Origin: the human T2T-CHM13v2.0 reference genome, Homo sapiens
Length of the DNA stretch: 64,000 nt
Direction: 5' to 3' (one strand)
Assembly: GCF_009914755.1 (NCBI RefSeq)
Contig: NC_060948.1
Positions within the stretch are counted from its first letter, which is position 1; the number at the start of each line of letters is the position of its first letter. The translations under genes and the position numbers were made by a program. Positions 1 to 17,983 of the stretch are shown one piece after another. A model generated the notes under the pieces. The model was not told the DNA's origin. It made no database searches and saw nothing but the letters and a program-made list of their open reading frames with translations.

Positions 1-773
1 TTATATATAACTATTTGAAATTATATATAACTGTATAATATTTTATGTAAATATGTAATATAATATATATAACTATATAATATATTATATATAACTATAT
101 ATTATGTTATATATACTTTTATAACATAATTTACATAAAATATCATAATATAATATATATTATATTATTTCATATTACATAATATATATTACATATCACC
201 CAATATAACTAACATACATAATATTATAATATAGATTATATTATGTTATATGAAATATCATATATATCATGTATCATATATTCTATAATATATATTACAC
301 ATTATATAATATGCATGTTGTCTATTATGTGATATATATAACTCTATATATAATTATATTATTATACATATAACTAGATAAACATGTAATTCTACATATT
401 TTCATTTATAATATGTAGAATTATATAATCATATATAATTATTTATATTCTATAAAAAATTTTATCATTATATAAATTATAATATATAAAAATTATAATA
501 TGTACTACAAATATATATATTATATATCATATATGATATAGTACCTTTGTTATATATCATAATACATATAAATGTGTATTATGTTATCTATAATTATATA
601 ATTTCATATATAAGATGTATAATATGTATCATATATTATATATGTTATGTAATACATATAGTATATATAAGATGACACAGGATAAATATTATATACTATG
701 ACATATAAAATATATGAGGTTATATGTTACATATAAGGCATAGCACATAACATGTAATATATACCATATATAA

Positions 774-1065
774 TTTTTTTTTAGACAGAATCTTGTCCTG
801 TTGCACAGGGTGGGGTACAATGGCGCCATCTTTGCTCACTGCAACTTCTGCCTCACGGGTCCAAGCGATTGTCCTCCCTCAGCCTCCCAGGTAGCTGGGA
901 CCACACCACACTGGGACTACACCAGCTGCCACCATGCCTAGCTAATTTTTTGGATTTTTAGTAGTGACAGCGTTTCACTGTATTGGCCAGGATGGTCTTG
1001 ATCTCTTCACCTTGTGATCCCCTTGCCTTGGCCTCCAAATTTGCTGGGATTACAGGCCTGAGCCA
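774..1065 (-). mobile_element. Diverged 5'-truncated Alu, unit 1
   Basis: T9 tail, AGACAGAATCTTG...GCTCACTGCAAC...CCTCAGCCTCCC...CTAATTTTTT..TTTTTAGTAG...GGCCAGGATGGTC...GCTGGGATTACAGGC.TGAGCCA = reverse complement of an Alu dimer lacking about the first 12 nt. Confidence 0.95.
895..924 (+). repeat. 16-bp-period tandem duplication inside the Alu (CTGGGACTACACCA twice), fixed in all units
   Basis: Consensus of the copies reads ctgggactacaccaca-ctgggactacacca-gc where the Alu consensus has a single CTGGGACTACAGG. Confidence 0.9.
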
Positions 1066-1640
1066 AGATCCATATTTTTTAAATGAAAAAAAATTTCAAA
1101 GGTACTCTGCTTGGTACAATAATCAAATGTATAAACTGAGGAATAAAACATAACCATGAAACCTACTTATAACTGCATATGGAAAATACAGAGGATAATT
1201 TTTTAAATAACATATTTTGAAAGCCTTAACTAGTAATTTGAAGAGTTGGCATTTGAAAGGCCAGTATGAATATACCTTCAAAGCAGCAACACAGGTTCCC
1301 CATGAGAAAAAGCAAACACAGGGAAAATAAAAACACAAAGGTTCAATCTCTTCTGACCTTTGAAAGACACAGCAAAGACAGTGGTCCTTAGGACGAAGAG
1401 CAGGAGACCCCTAATTCCGTCACCATGGCGATAGGGCATAAACATTGCTGGGTGAGGGCACAATCCACATTGTGAGGTCCAACTGCTGCCAGGAAGACAG
1501 GAGTGCTTTTACATAGACCGAAAGGTCATTGAAGGCTCAGAGTTTTGTTTCAAGAACTGAATCCCAAGCCCACACGTTATTAGGCTGCGCTTCTTTAAAC
1601 AAGTTATGAGATGGGAAAAAGGGCACCCACAAACATACGT
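1066..1640. repeat. HSATI-type subunit of DYZ2 (representative copy; follows each Alu in every unit)
   Basis: ~575-bp non-Alu, higher-complexity block (AGATCCATAT...GGGCACCCACAAACATACG), nearly invariant between units. The HSATI name comes from the known DYZ2 composition; boundaries are approximate. Confidence 0.75.
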
Positions 1641-3478
<1,838 letters not shown>

Positions 3479-5599
3479 AGATCCATATTTTTTAAATGAA
3501 AAAAAATTTCAAAGGTACTCTGCTTGGTACAATAATCAAATGTATAAACTGAGGAATAAAACATAACCATGAAACCTACTTATAACTGCATATGGAAAAT
3601 ACAGAGGATAATTTTTTAAATAACATATTTTGAAAGCCTTAACTAGTAATTTGAAGAGCTGGAATTTGAAAGGCCAGTATGAATATACCTTCAAAGCAGC
3701 AACACAGGTTCCCCATGAGAAAAAGCAAACACAGGGCAAATAAAAACACAAAGGTTCAATCTCTTCTGACCTTTGAAAGACACAGCACAGACAGTGGTCC
3801 TTAGGACGAAGAGCAGGAGACCCCTAATTCCGTCACCATGGCGATAGGGCATAAACATTGCTGGGTGAGGGCACAATCCACATTGTGAGGTCCAACTGCT
3901 GCCAGGAAGACAGGAGTGCTTTTACATAGACCGAAAGGTCATTGAAGGCTCAGAGTTTTGTTTCAAGAACTGAATCCCAAGCCCACACGTTATTAGGCTG
4001 CGCTTCTTTAAACAAGTTATGAGATGGGAAAAAGGGCACCCACAAACATACGTATACATTATGTATATAATAATATACAGTATCATGTATATAATATATA
4101 TAACCTATGTATAATATTGTTTTACATCCTGCATCTTATGTTATATATATTGTATAAAATATAATAATTGATAATATATAAGTTTTATATTTATACAATA
4201 TGACATATAGTATATATTATAATTTATGACATATATAATATATGTTATATATCATATATAGAATATATTATACGGTTAATATACGTATTAAATATAAATT
4301 ATACATTATATATATTATATATAATATATCTGTTATATATAATACCCATTATGCATAATATATATATTATGTCTATGTTATATATAGTATAAAACAACAT
4401 ATAATAATATATAACTGTATATATAAAATGCGACATATAATATATATTATATTTTATAACATATGTAATATATATTATATATAATACGTTGTATGTATAA
4501 TACCTATATTAAATATATATTATATGACTATGTTATTAATTACATGTCACATGTGTTATATATTATATATTTTACATAGAATATACCGGTTACATACAAT
4601 ATATACTATGTTACCTATAATGTATAATTTATTACATGTAAAATAAAGAATGCAATATATTATGTATAATTTATAATATACAATATGTGGAATGTGATAT
4701 ATATAACATATAATATATGATATATGATATCCAGTATATGATATATAACATACAATATATGATTCCTAATATATATGGTATACAATATATATTTTATGAT
4801 ATGTATTCTATATGTTTTATATTCTGTTATATATAACTATTTGAAATTATATATAACTCTATAATATTTTATGTAAATATGTAATATAATATATATAACT
4901 ATATAATATATTATATATAACTATATATTATGTTATATATACTTTTATAACATAATTTACATAACATATCATAATATAATATATATTATATTATTTCATA
5001 TTACATAATATATATTACATATCACCCAATATAACTAACATACATAATATTATAATATAGATTATATTGTGTTATATTAAATATCATATATATCATGTAT
5101 CATATATTCTATAATATATATTACACATTATATAATATGTATGTTGTCTATTATGTGATATATATAACTATATATATAATTATATTTTTATACATATAAC
5201 TAGATAAACATGTAATTCTACATATTTTCATTTATAATATGTAGAATTATATAATCATATATAATTATTTATATTCTATAAAAAATTTTATCATTCTATA
5301 AATTATAATATATAAAAATTATAATATGTACTTCAAATATATATATTATATATCATATATGCTATAGTTCCTTTGTTATATATCATAATACATATAAATG
5401 TGTATTATGTTATCTATAATTATATAATTTCATATATAAGTTGAATAATATGTATCATATATTATATATGTTATGTAATATATATAGTATATATAAGATG
5501 ACACAGGATAAATATTATATACTATGACATATAAAATATATGAGGTTATATGTTACATATAAGGCATAGCACATAACATGTAATATATATCATATAGAA

Positions 5600-5891
5600 T
5601 TTTTTTTTAGACAGAATCTTGTCCTGTTGCACAGGGTGGGGTCCAATGGCGCCATCTTTGCTCACTGCAACTTCTGCCTCACGGGTCCAAGCGATTGTCC
5701 TCCCTCAGCCTCCCAGGTAGCTGGGACTACACCACACTGGGACTACACCAGCTGCCACCATGCCTAGCTAATTTTTTGGATTTTTAGTAGTGACAGCGTT
5801 TCACTGTATTGGCCAGGATGGTCTTGATCTCTTCACCTTGTGATCCCCTTGCCTTGGCCTCCAAATTTGCTGGGATTACAGGCCTGAGCCA
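5600..5891 (-). mobile_element. Alu in DYZ2 unit 3
   Basis: Near-identical copy of 774-1065. Confidence 0.93.
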
Positions 5892-8012
5892 AGATCCATA
5901 TTTTTTAAATGAAAAACAATTTCAAAGGTACTCTGCTTGGTACAATAATCAAATGTATAAACTGAGGAATAAAACATAACCATGAAACCTACTTATAACT
6001 GCATATGGAAAATACAGAGGATAATTTTTTAAATAACATATTTTGAAAGCCTTAACTAGTAATTTGAAGAGTTGGCATTTGAAAGGCCAGTATGAATATA
6101 CCTTGAAAGCAGCAACACAGGTTCCCCGTGAGAAAAAGCAAACACAGGGAAAATAAAAACACAAAGGTTCAATCTCTTCTGACCTTTGAAAGACACAGCA
6201 CAGACAGTGGTCCTTAGGACGAAGAGCAGGAGACCCCTAATTCCGTCACCATGGCGATAGGGCATAAACATTGCTGGGTGAGGGCACAATCCACATTGTG
6301 AGGTCCAACTGCTGCCAGGAAGACAGGAGTGCTTTTACATAGACCGAAAGGTCATTGAAGGCTCAGAGTTTTGTTTCAGGAACTGAATCCCAAGCCCACA
6401 CGTTATTAGGCTGCGCTTCTTAAAACAAGTTATGAGATGGGAAAAAGGGCACCCACAAACATACGTATACATTATGTATATAATAATATACAGTATCATA
6501 TATATAATATATATAACCTATGTATAATATTGTTTTACATCCTGCATCTTATGTTATATATATTGTATAAAATATAATAATTGATAATATATAAGTTTTA
6601 TATTTATACAATATGACATATAGTATATATTATAATTTATGACATATATAATATATGTTATATGTCATATATAGAATATATTATACGGTTAATATACGTA
6701 TTAAATATAAATTATACATTATATATATTATATATAATATATCTGTTATATATAATACCCATTATGCATAATATATATATTATGTCTATGTTATATATAG
6801 TATAAAACAACATATAATAATATATAATTGTATATATAAAATGCGACATATAATATATATTATATTTTATAACATATGTAATATATATTATATATAATAC
6901 GTTGTATGTATAATACCTATATTAAATATATATTATATGACTATGTTATTAATTACATGTCACATGTGTTATATATTATATATTTTACATAGAATATACC
7001 GGTTACATACAATATATACTATGTTACCTATAATGTATAATTTATTACATGTAAAATAAAGAATGCAATATATTATGTAAAATTTATAATATACCATATG
7101 TGGAATGTGATATATATAACATATAATATATGATATATGATATACAGTATATGATATATAACATACAATATATGATTCCTAATATATATGGTATACAATA
7201 TATATTTTATGATATGTATTCTATATGTTTTATATTCTGTTATATATAACTATTTGAAATTATATATAACTGTATAATATTTTATGTAAATATGAAATAT
7301 AATATATATAACTATATAATATATTATATATAACTATATATTATGTTATATATACTTTTATAACATAATTTACATAAAATATCATAATATAATATATATT
7401 ATATTATTTCATATTACATAATATATATTACATATCACCCAATATAACTAACATACATAATATTATAATATAGATTATATTGTGTTATATTAAATATCAT
7501 ATATATCATGTATCATATATTCTATAATATATATTACACATTATATATTATGTATGTTGTCTATTATGTGATATATATAACTATATATATAATTATATTT
7601 TTATACATATAACTAGATAAACATGTAATTCTACATATTTTCATTTATAATATGTAGAATTATATAATCATATATAATTATTTATATTCTATAAAAAATT
7701 TTATCATTCTATAAATTATAATATATAAAAATTATAATATGTACTACAAATATATATATTATATATCATATATGCTCTAGTACCTTTGTTATATATCATA
7801 ATACATATAAATGTGTATTATGTTATCTATAATTATATAATTTCATATATAAGTTGTATAATATGTATCATATATTATATATGTTATGTAATATATATAG
7901 TATATATAAGATGACACAGGATAAATATTATATACTATGACATATAAAATATATGAGGTTATATGTTACATATAAGGCATAGCACATAACATGTAATATA
8001 TATCATATATAA

Positions 8013-8304
8013 TTTTTTTTTAGACAGAATCTTGTCCTGTTGCACAGGGTGGGGTACAATGGCGCCATCTTTGCTCACTGCAACTTCTGCCTCACGGGTC
8101 CAAGCGATTGTCCTCACTCAGCCTCCCAGGTAGCTGGGACTACACCACACTGGGACTACACCAGCTGCCACCATGCCTAGCTAATTTTTTGGATTTTTAG
8201 TAATGACAGCGTTTCACTGTATTGGCCAGGATGGTCTTGATCTCTTCACCTTGTGATCCCCTTGCCTTGGCCTCCAAATTTGCTGGGATTACAGGCCTGA
8301 GCCA
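8013..8304 (-). mobile_element. Alu in DYZ2 unit 4
   Basis: Near-identical copy of 774-1065. Confidence 0.93.
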
Positions 8305-10432
8305 AGATCCATATTTTTTAAATGAAAAAAAATTTCAAAGGTACTCTGCTTGGTACAATAATCAAATGTATAAACTGAGGAATAAAACATAACCATGAAA
8401 CCTACTTATAACTGCATATGGAAAATACAGAGGATAATTTTTTAAATAACATATTTTGAAAGCCTTAACTAGTAATTTGAAGAGTTGGCATTTGAAAGGC
8501 CAGTATGAATATACCTTCAAAGCAGCAACACAGGTTCCCCATGAGAAAAAGCAAACACAGGGAAAATAAAAACACAAAGGTTCAATCTCTTCTGACCTTT
8601 GAAAGACACAGCACAGACAGTGGTCCTTAGGACGAAGAGCAGGAGACCCCTAATTCCGTCACCATGGCGATAGGGCATAAACATTGCTGGGTGAGGGCAC
8701 AATCCACATTGTGAGGTCCAACTGCTGCCAGGAAGACAGGAGTGCTTTTACATAGACCGAAAGGTCATTGAAGGCTCAGAGTTTTGTTTCAAGAACTGAA
8801 TCCCAAGCCCACACGTTATTAGGCTGCGCTTCTTAAAACAAGTTATGAGATGGGAAAAAGGGCACCCACAAACATACGTATACATTATGTATATAATAAT
8901 ATACAGTGTCATATATATAATATATATAACCTATGTATAATATTGTTTTACATCCTGCATCTTATGTTATATATATTGTATAAAATATAATAATTGATAA
9001 TATATAAGTTTTATATTTATACAATATGACATATAGTATATATTATAATTTATGACATATATAATATATGTTATATGTCATATATAGAATATATTATACG
9101 GTTAATATACGTATTAAATATAAATTATACATTATATATATTATATATAATATATCTGTTATATATAATACCCATTATGCATAATATATATATTATGTCT
9201 ATGTTATATATAGTATAAAACAACATATAATAATATATAATTGTATATATTAAATGCGACATATAATATATATTATATTTTATAACATATGTAATATATA
9301 TTATATATTATATATAATACGTTGTATGTATAATACCTATATTAAATATATATTATATGACTATGTTATTAATTACATGTCGCATGTGTTATATATTATA
9401 TATTTTACATAGAATATACCGGTTACATACAATATATACTATGTTACCTATAATGTATAATTTATTACATGTAAAATAAAGAATGCAATATATTATGTAT
9501 AATTTATAATATACAATATGTGGAATGTGATATATATAACATATAATATATGATATATGATATACAGTATATGATATATAACATACAATATATGATTCCT
9601 AATATATATGGTATACAATATATATTTTATGATATGTATTCTATATGTTTTATATTCTGTTATATATAACTATTTGAAATTATATATAACTGTATAATAT
9701 TTTATGTAAATATGTAATATAATATATATAACTATATAATATATTATATATAACTATATATTATGTTATATATACTTTTATAACATAATTTACATAACAT
9801 ATCATAATATAATATATATTATATTATTTCATATTACATAATATATATTACATATCACCCAATATAACTAACATACATAATATTATAATATAGATTATAT
9901 TGTGTTATATTAAATATCATATATATCATGTATCATATATTCTATAATATATATTACACATTATATAATATGTATGTTGTCTATTATGTGATATATATAA
10001 CTCTATATATAATTATATTTTTATACATATAACTAGATAAACATGTAATTCTACATATTTTCATTTATAATATGTAGAATTATATAATCATATATAATTA
10101 TTTATATTCTATAAAAAATTTTATCATTCTATCAATTATAATATATAAAAATTATAATATGTACTACAAATATATATATTATATATCATATATGATATAG
10201 TACCTTTGTTATATATCATAATACATATAAATGTGTATTATGTTATCTATAATTATATAATTTCATATATAAGATGTATAATATGTATCATATATTATAT
10301 ATGTTATGTAATATATATAGTATATATAAGATGACACAGGATAAATATTATATACTATGACACATAAAATATATGAGGTTATATGTTACATATAAGGCAT
10401 AGCACATAACATGTAATATATATCATATATAA

Positions 10433-10724
10433 TTTTTTTTTAGACAGAATCTTGTCCTGTTGCACAGGGTGGGGTACAATGGCGCCATCTTTGCTCACTG
10501 CAACTTCTGCCTCACGGGACCAAGCGATTGTCCTCCCTCAGCCTCCCAGGTAGCTGGGACTACACCACACTGGGACTACACCAGCTGCCACCATGCCTAG
10601 CTAATTTTTTGGATTTTTAGTAGTGACAGCGTTTCACTGTATTGGCCAGGATGGTCTTGATCTCTTCACCTTGTGATCCCCTTGCCTTGGCCTCCAAATT
10701 TGCTGGGATTACAGGCCTGAGCCA
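10433..10724 (-). mobile_element. Alu in DYZ2 unit 5
   Basis: Near-identical copy of 774-1065. Confidence 0.93.
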
Positions 10725-12828
10725 AGATCCATATTTTTTAAATGAAAAAAAATTTCAAAGGTACTCTGCTTGGTACAATAATCAAATGTATAAACTGAGG
10801 AATAAAACATAACCATGAAACCTACTTATAACTGCATATGGAAAATACAGAGGATAATTTTTTAAATAACATATTTTGAAAGCCTTAACTAGTAATTTGA
10901 AGAGTTGGCATTTGAAAGGCCAGTATGAATATACCTTCAAAGCAGCAACACAGGTTCCCCATGAGAAAAAGCAAACACAGGGAAAATAAAAACACAAAGG
11001 TTCAATCTCTTCTGACCTTTGAAAGACACAGCACAGACAGTGGTCCTTAGGACGAAGAGCAGGAGACCCCTAATTCCGTCACCATGGCGATAGGGCATAA
11101 ACATTGCTGGGTGAGGGCACAATCCACATTGTGAGGTCCAACTGCTGCCAGGAAGACAGGAGTGCTTTTACATAGACCGAAAGGTCATTGAAGGCTCAGA
11201 GTTTTGTTTCAAGAACTGAATCCCAAGCCCACACGTTATTAGGCTGCGCTTCTTAAAACAAGTTATGAGATGGGAAAAAGGGCACCCACAAACATACGTA
11301 TACATTATGTATATAATAATATACAGTGTCATATATATAATATATATAACCTATGTATAATATTGTTTTACATCCTGCATCTTATGTTATATATATTGTA
11401 TAAAATATAATAATTGATAATATATAAGTTTTATAATTATACAATATGACATATAGTATATATTATAATTTATGACATATATAATATATGTTATATATCA
11501 TATATAGAATATATTATAGGGTTAATATACGTATTAAATATAAATTATACATTATATATATTATATATAATATATCTGTTATATATAATACCCATTATGC
11601 ATAATATATATATTATGTCTATGTTATATATAGTATAAAACAACATATAATAATATATAATTGTATATATAAAATGCGACATATAATATATATTATATTT
11701 TATAACATATGTAATATATATTATATATTATATATAATACGTTGTATGTATAATACCTATATTAATTATATATTATATGACTATGTTATTAATTACATGT
11801 CACATGTGTTATATATTATATATTTACATAGAATATACCGGTTACATACAATATATACTATGTTACCTATAATGTATAATTTATTACATGTAAAATAAAG
11901 AATGCAATATATTATGTATAATTTATAATATACCATATGTGGAATGTGATATATATAACATATAATATATGATATATGATATACAGTATATGATATATAA
12001 CATACAATATATGATTCCTAATATATATGGTATACAATATATATTTTATGATATGTATTCTATATGTTTTATATTCTGTTATATATAACTATTTGAAATT
12101 ATATATAACTGTATAATATTTTATGTAAATATGAAATACAATATATATAACTATATAATATATTATATATAACTATATATTATGTTATATATACTTTTAT
12201 AACATAATTTACATAAAATATCATAATATAATATATATTATATTATTTCATATTACATAATATATATTACATATCACCCAATATAACTAACATACATAAT
12301 ATTATAATATAGATTATATTGTGTTATATTAAATATCATATATATCATGTATCATATATTCTATAATATATATTACACATTATATATTATGTATGTTGTC
12401 TATTATGTGATATATATAACTATATATATAATTATATTTTTATACATATAACTAGATAAACATGTAATTCTACATATTTTCATTTATAATATGTAGAATT
12501 ATATAATCATATATAATTATTTATATTCTATAAAAAATTTTATCATTCTATAAATTATAATATATAAAAATTATAATATGTACTACAAATATATATATTA
12601 TATATCATATATGCTCTAGTACCTTTGTTATATATCATAATACATATAAATGTGTATTATGTTATCTATAATTATATAAATTCATATATAAGTTGTATAA
12701 TATGTATCATATATTATATATGTTATGTAATATACATAGTATATATAAGATGACACAGGATAAATATTATATACTATGACATATAAAATATATGAGGTTA
12801 TATGTTACATATAAGGCATAGCACATAA

Positions 12829-13143
<315 letters not shown>

Positions 13144-15271
13144 AGATCCATATTTTTTAAATGAAAAACAATTTCAAAGGTACTCTGCTTGGTACAATAA
13201 TCAAATGTATAAACTGAGGAATAAAACATAACCATGAAACCTACTTATAACTGCATATGGAAAATACAGAGGATAATTTTTTAAATAACATATTTTGAAA
13301 GCCTTAACTAGTAATTTGAAGAGTTGGCATTTGAAAGGCCAGTATGAATATACCTTCAAAGCAGCAACACAGGTTCCCCATGAGAAAAAGCAAACACAGG
13401 GAAAATAAAAACACAAAGGTTCAATCTCTTCTGACCTTTGAAAGACACAGCACAGACAGTGGTCCTTAGGACGAAGAGCAGGAGACCCCTAATTCCGTCA
13501 CCATGGCGATAGGGCATAAACATTGCTGGGTGAGGGCACAATCCACATTGTGAGGTCCAACTGCTGCCAGGAAGACAGGAGTGCTTTTACATAGACCGAA
13601 AGGTCATTGAAGGCTCAGAGTTTTGTTTCAAGAACTGAATCCCAAGCCCACACGTTATTAGGCTGCGCTTCTTAAAACAAGTTATGAGATGGGAAAAAGG
13701 GCACCCACAAACATACGTATACATTATGCATATAATAATATACAGTGTCATATATATAATTTATATAACCTATGTATAATATTGTTTTACATCCTGCATC
13801 TTATGTTATATATATTGTATAAAATATAATAATTGATAATATATAAGTTTTATATTTATACAATATGACATATAGTATATATTATAATTTATGACATATA
13901 TAATATATGTTATATGTCATATATAGAATATATTATACGGTTAATATACGTATTAAATATAAATTATACATTATATATATTATATATAATATATCTGTTA
14001 TATATAATACCCATTATGCATAATATATATATTATGTCTATGTTATATATAGTATAAAACAACATATAATAATATATAATTGTATATATTAAATGCGACA
14101 TATAATATATATTATATTTTATAACATATGTAATATATATTATATATTATATATAATACGTTGTATGTATAATACCTATATTAAATATATATTATATGAC
14201 TATGTTATTAATTACATGTCACATGTGTTATATATTATATATTTTACATAGAATATACCGGTTACATACAATATATACTATGTTACGTATAATGTATAAT
14301 TTATTACATGTAAAATAAAGAATGCAATATATTATGTATAATTTATAATATACAATATGTGGAATGTGATATATATAACATATAATATATGATATATGAT
14401 ATACAGTATATGATATATAACATACAATATATGATTCCTAATATATATGGTATACAATATATATTTTATGATATGTATTCTATATGTTTTATATTCTGTT
14501 ATATATAACTATTTGAAATTATATATAACTGTATAATATTTTATGTAAATATGTAATATAATATATATAACTATATAATATATTATATATAACTATATAT
14601 TATGTTATATATACTTTTATAACATAATTTACATAAAATATCATAATATAATATATATTATATTATTTCATATTACATAATATATATTACATATCACCCA
14701 ATATAACTAACATACATAATATTATAATATAGATTATATTGTGTTATATTAAATATCATATATATCATGTATCATATATTCTATAATATATATTACACAT
14801 TATATAATATGTATGTTGTCTATTATGTGATATATATAACTCTATATATAATTATATTTTTATACATATAACTAGATAAACATGTAATTCTACATATTTT
14901 CATTTATAATATGTAGAATTATATAATCATATATAATTATTTATATTCTATAAAAAATTTTATCATTCTATCAATTATAATATATAAAAATTATAATATG
15001 TACTACAAATATATATATTATATATCATATATGATATAGTACCTTTGTTATATATCATAATACATATAAATGTGTATTATGTTATCTATAATTATATAAT
15101 TTCATATATAAGATGTATAATATGTATCATATATTATATATGTTATGTAATATATATAGTATATATAAGATGACACAGGATAAATATTATATACTATGAC
15201 ACATAAAATATATGAGGTTATATGTTACATATAAGGCATAGCACATAACATGTAATATATATCATATATAA

Positions 15272-15563
15272 TTTTTTTTTAGACAGAATCTTGTCCTGTT
15301 GCACAGGGTGGGGTACAATGGCGCCATCTTTGCTCACTGCAACTTCTGCCTCACGGGACCAAGCGATTGTCCTCCCTCAGCCTCCCAGGTAGCTGGGACT
15401 ACACCACACTGGGACTACACCAGCTGCCACCATGCCTAGCTAATTTTTTGGATTTTTAGTAGTGACAGCGTTTCACTGTATTGGCCAGGATGGTCTTGAT
15501 CTCTTCACCTTGTGATCCCCTTGCCTTGGCCTCCAAATTTGCTGGGATTACAGGCCTGAGCCA
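15272..15563 (-). mobile_element. Alu in DYZ2 unit 7
   Basis: Near-identical copy of 774-1065. Confidence 0.93.
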
Positions 15564-17668
15564 AGATCCATATTTTTTAAATGAAAAACAATTTCAAAGG
15601 TACTCTGCTTGGTACAATAATCAAATGTATAAACTGAGGAATAAAACATAACCATGAAACCTACTTATAACTGCATATGGAAAATACAGAGGATAATTTT
15701 TTAAATAACATATTTTGAAAGCCTTAACTAGTAATTTGAAGAGTTGGCATTTGAAAGGCCAGTATGAATATACCTTCAAAGCAGCAACACAGGTTCCCCA
15801 TGAGAAAAAGCAAACACAGGGAAAATAAAAACACAAAGGTTCAATCTCTTCTGACCTTTGAAAGACACAGCACAGACAGTGGTCCTTAGGACGAAGAGCA
15901 GGAGACCCCTAATTCCGTCACCATGGCGATAGGGCATAAACATTGCTGGGTGAGGGCACAATCCACATTGTGAGGTCCAACTGCTGCCAGGAAGACAGGA
16001 GTGCTTTTACATAGACCGAAAGGTCATTGAAGGCTCAGAGTTTTGTTTCAAGAACTGAATCCCAAGCCCACACGTTATTAGGCTGCGCTTCTTAAAACAA
16101 GTTATGAGATGGGAAAAAGGGCACCCAAAAACATACGTATACATTATGTATATAATAATATACAGTGTCATATATATAATATATATAACCTATGTATAAT
16201 ATTGTTTTACATCCTGCATCTTATGTTATATATATTGTATAAAATATAATAATTGATAATATATAAGTTTTATAATTATACAATATGACATATAGTATAT
16301 ATTATAATTTATGACATATATAATATATGTTATATATCATATATAGAATATATTATAGGGTTAATATACGTATTAAATATAAATTATACATTATATATAT
16401 TATATATAATATATCTGTTATATATAATACCCATTATGCATAATATATATATTATGTCTATGTTATATATAGTATAAAACAACATATAATAATATATAAT
16501 TGTATATATAAAATGCGACATATAATATATATTATATTTTATAACATATGTAATATATATTATATATTATATATAATACGTTGTATGTATAATACCTATA
16601 TTAAATATATATTATATGACTATGTTATTAATTACATGTCACATGTGTTATATATTATATATTTTACATAGAATATACCGGTTACATACAATATATACTA
16701 TGTTACCTATAATGTATAATTTATTACATGTAAAATAAAGAATGCAATATATTATGTATAATTTATAATATACAATATGTGGAATGTGATATATATAACA
16801 TATAATATATGATATATGATATACAGTATATGATATATAACATACAATATATGATTCCTAATATATATGGTATACAATATATATTTTATGATATGTATTC
16901 TATATGTTTTATATTCTGTTATATATAACTATTTGAAATTATATATAACTGTATAATATTTTATGTAAATATGAAATACAATATATATAACTATATAATA
17001 TATTATATATAACTATATATTATGTTATATATACTTTTATAACATAATTTACATAAAATATCATAATATAATATATATTATATTATTTCATATTACATAA
17101 TATATATTACATATCACCCAATATAACTAACATACATAATATTATAATATAGATTATATTGTGTTATATTAAATATCATATATATCATGTATCATATATT
17201 CTATAATATATATTACACATTATATATTATGTATGTTGTCTATTATGTGATATATATAACTATATATATAATTATATTTTTATACATATAACTAGATAAA
17301 CATGTAATTCTACATATTTTCATTTATAATATGTAGAATTATATAATCATATATAATTATTTATATTCTATAAAAAATTTTATCATTCTATAAATTATAA
17401 TATATAAAAATTATAATATGTACTACAAATATATATATTATATATCATATATGCTCTAGTACCTTTGTTATATATCATAATACATATAAATGTGTATTAT
17501 GTTATCTATAATTATATAATTTCATATATAAGTTGTATAATATGTATCATATATTATATATGTTATGTAATATATATAGTATATATAAGATGACACAGGA
17601 TAAATATTATATACTATGACATATAAAATATATGAGGTTATATGTTACATATAAGGCATAGCACATAA

Positions 17669-17983
<315 letters not shown>

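Noticed and set aside
774-1065. Active Alu / Pol III ncRNA gene
   Set aside because: 5' end truncated, CpGs largely decayed relative to Alu consensus, tail only 9 nt, internal duplication; no evidence of activity.
1142-1331. AATAAA poly(A) signals and many TATA-like boxes
   Set aside because: Expected by chance at this AT content; no gene context.
1123-1463. Recurrent 71-aa and 61/77-aa minus-strand ORFs in every unit
   Set aside because: Both start at TTG (CAA on + strand), overlap out of frame, resemble no known domain, and are conserved only because the DNA repeat is; one is lost (unit 12) or extended (units 3, 10) by single SNPs.
11674-11898. 74-aa Tyr/Ile-rich plus-strand ORF
   Set aside because: Translation of TA-rich low-complexity DNA, opened in one unit only by a private substitution and a 1-bp deletion.
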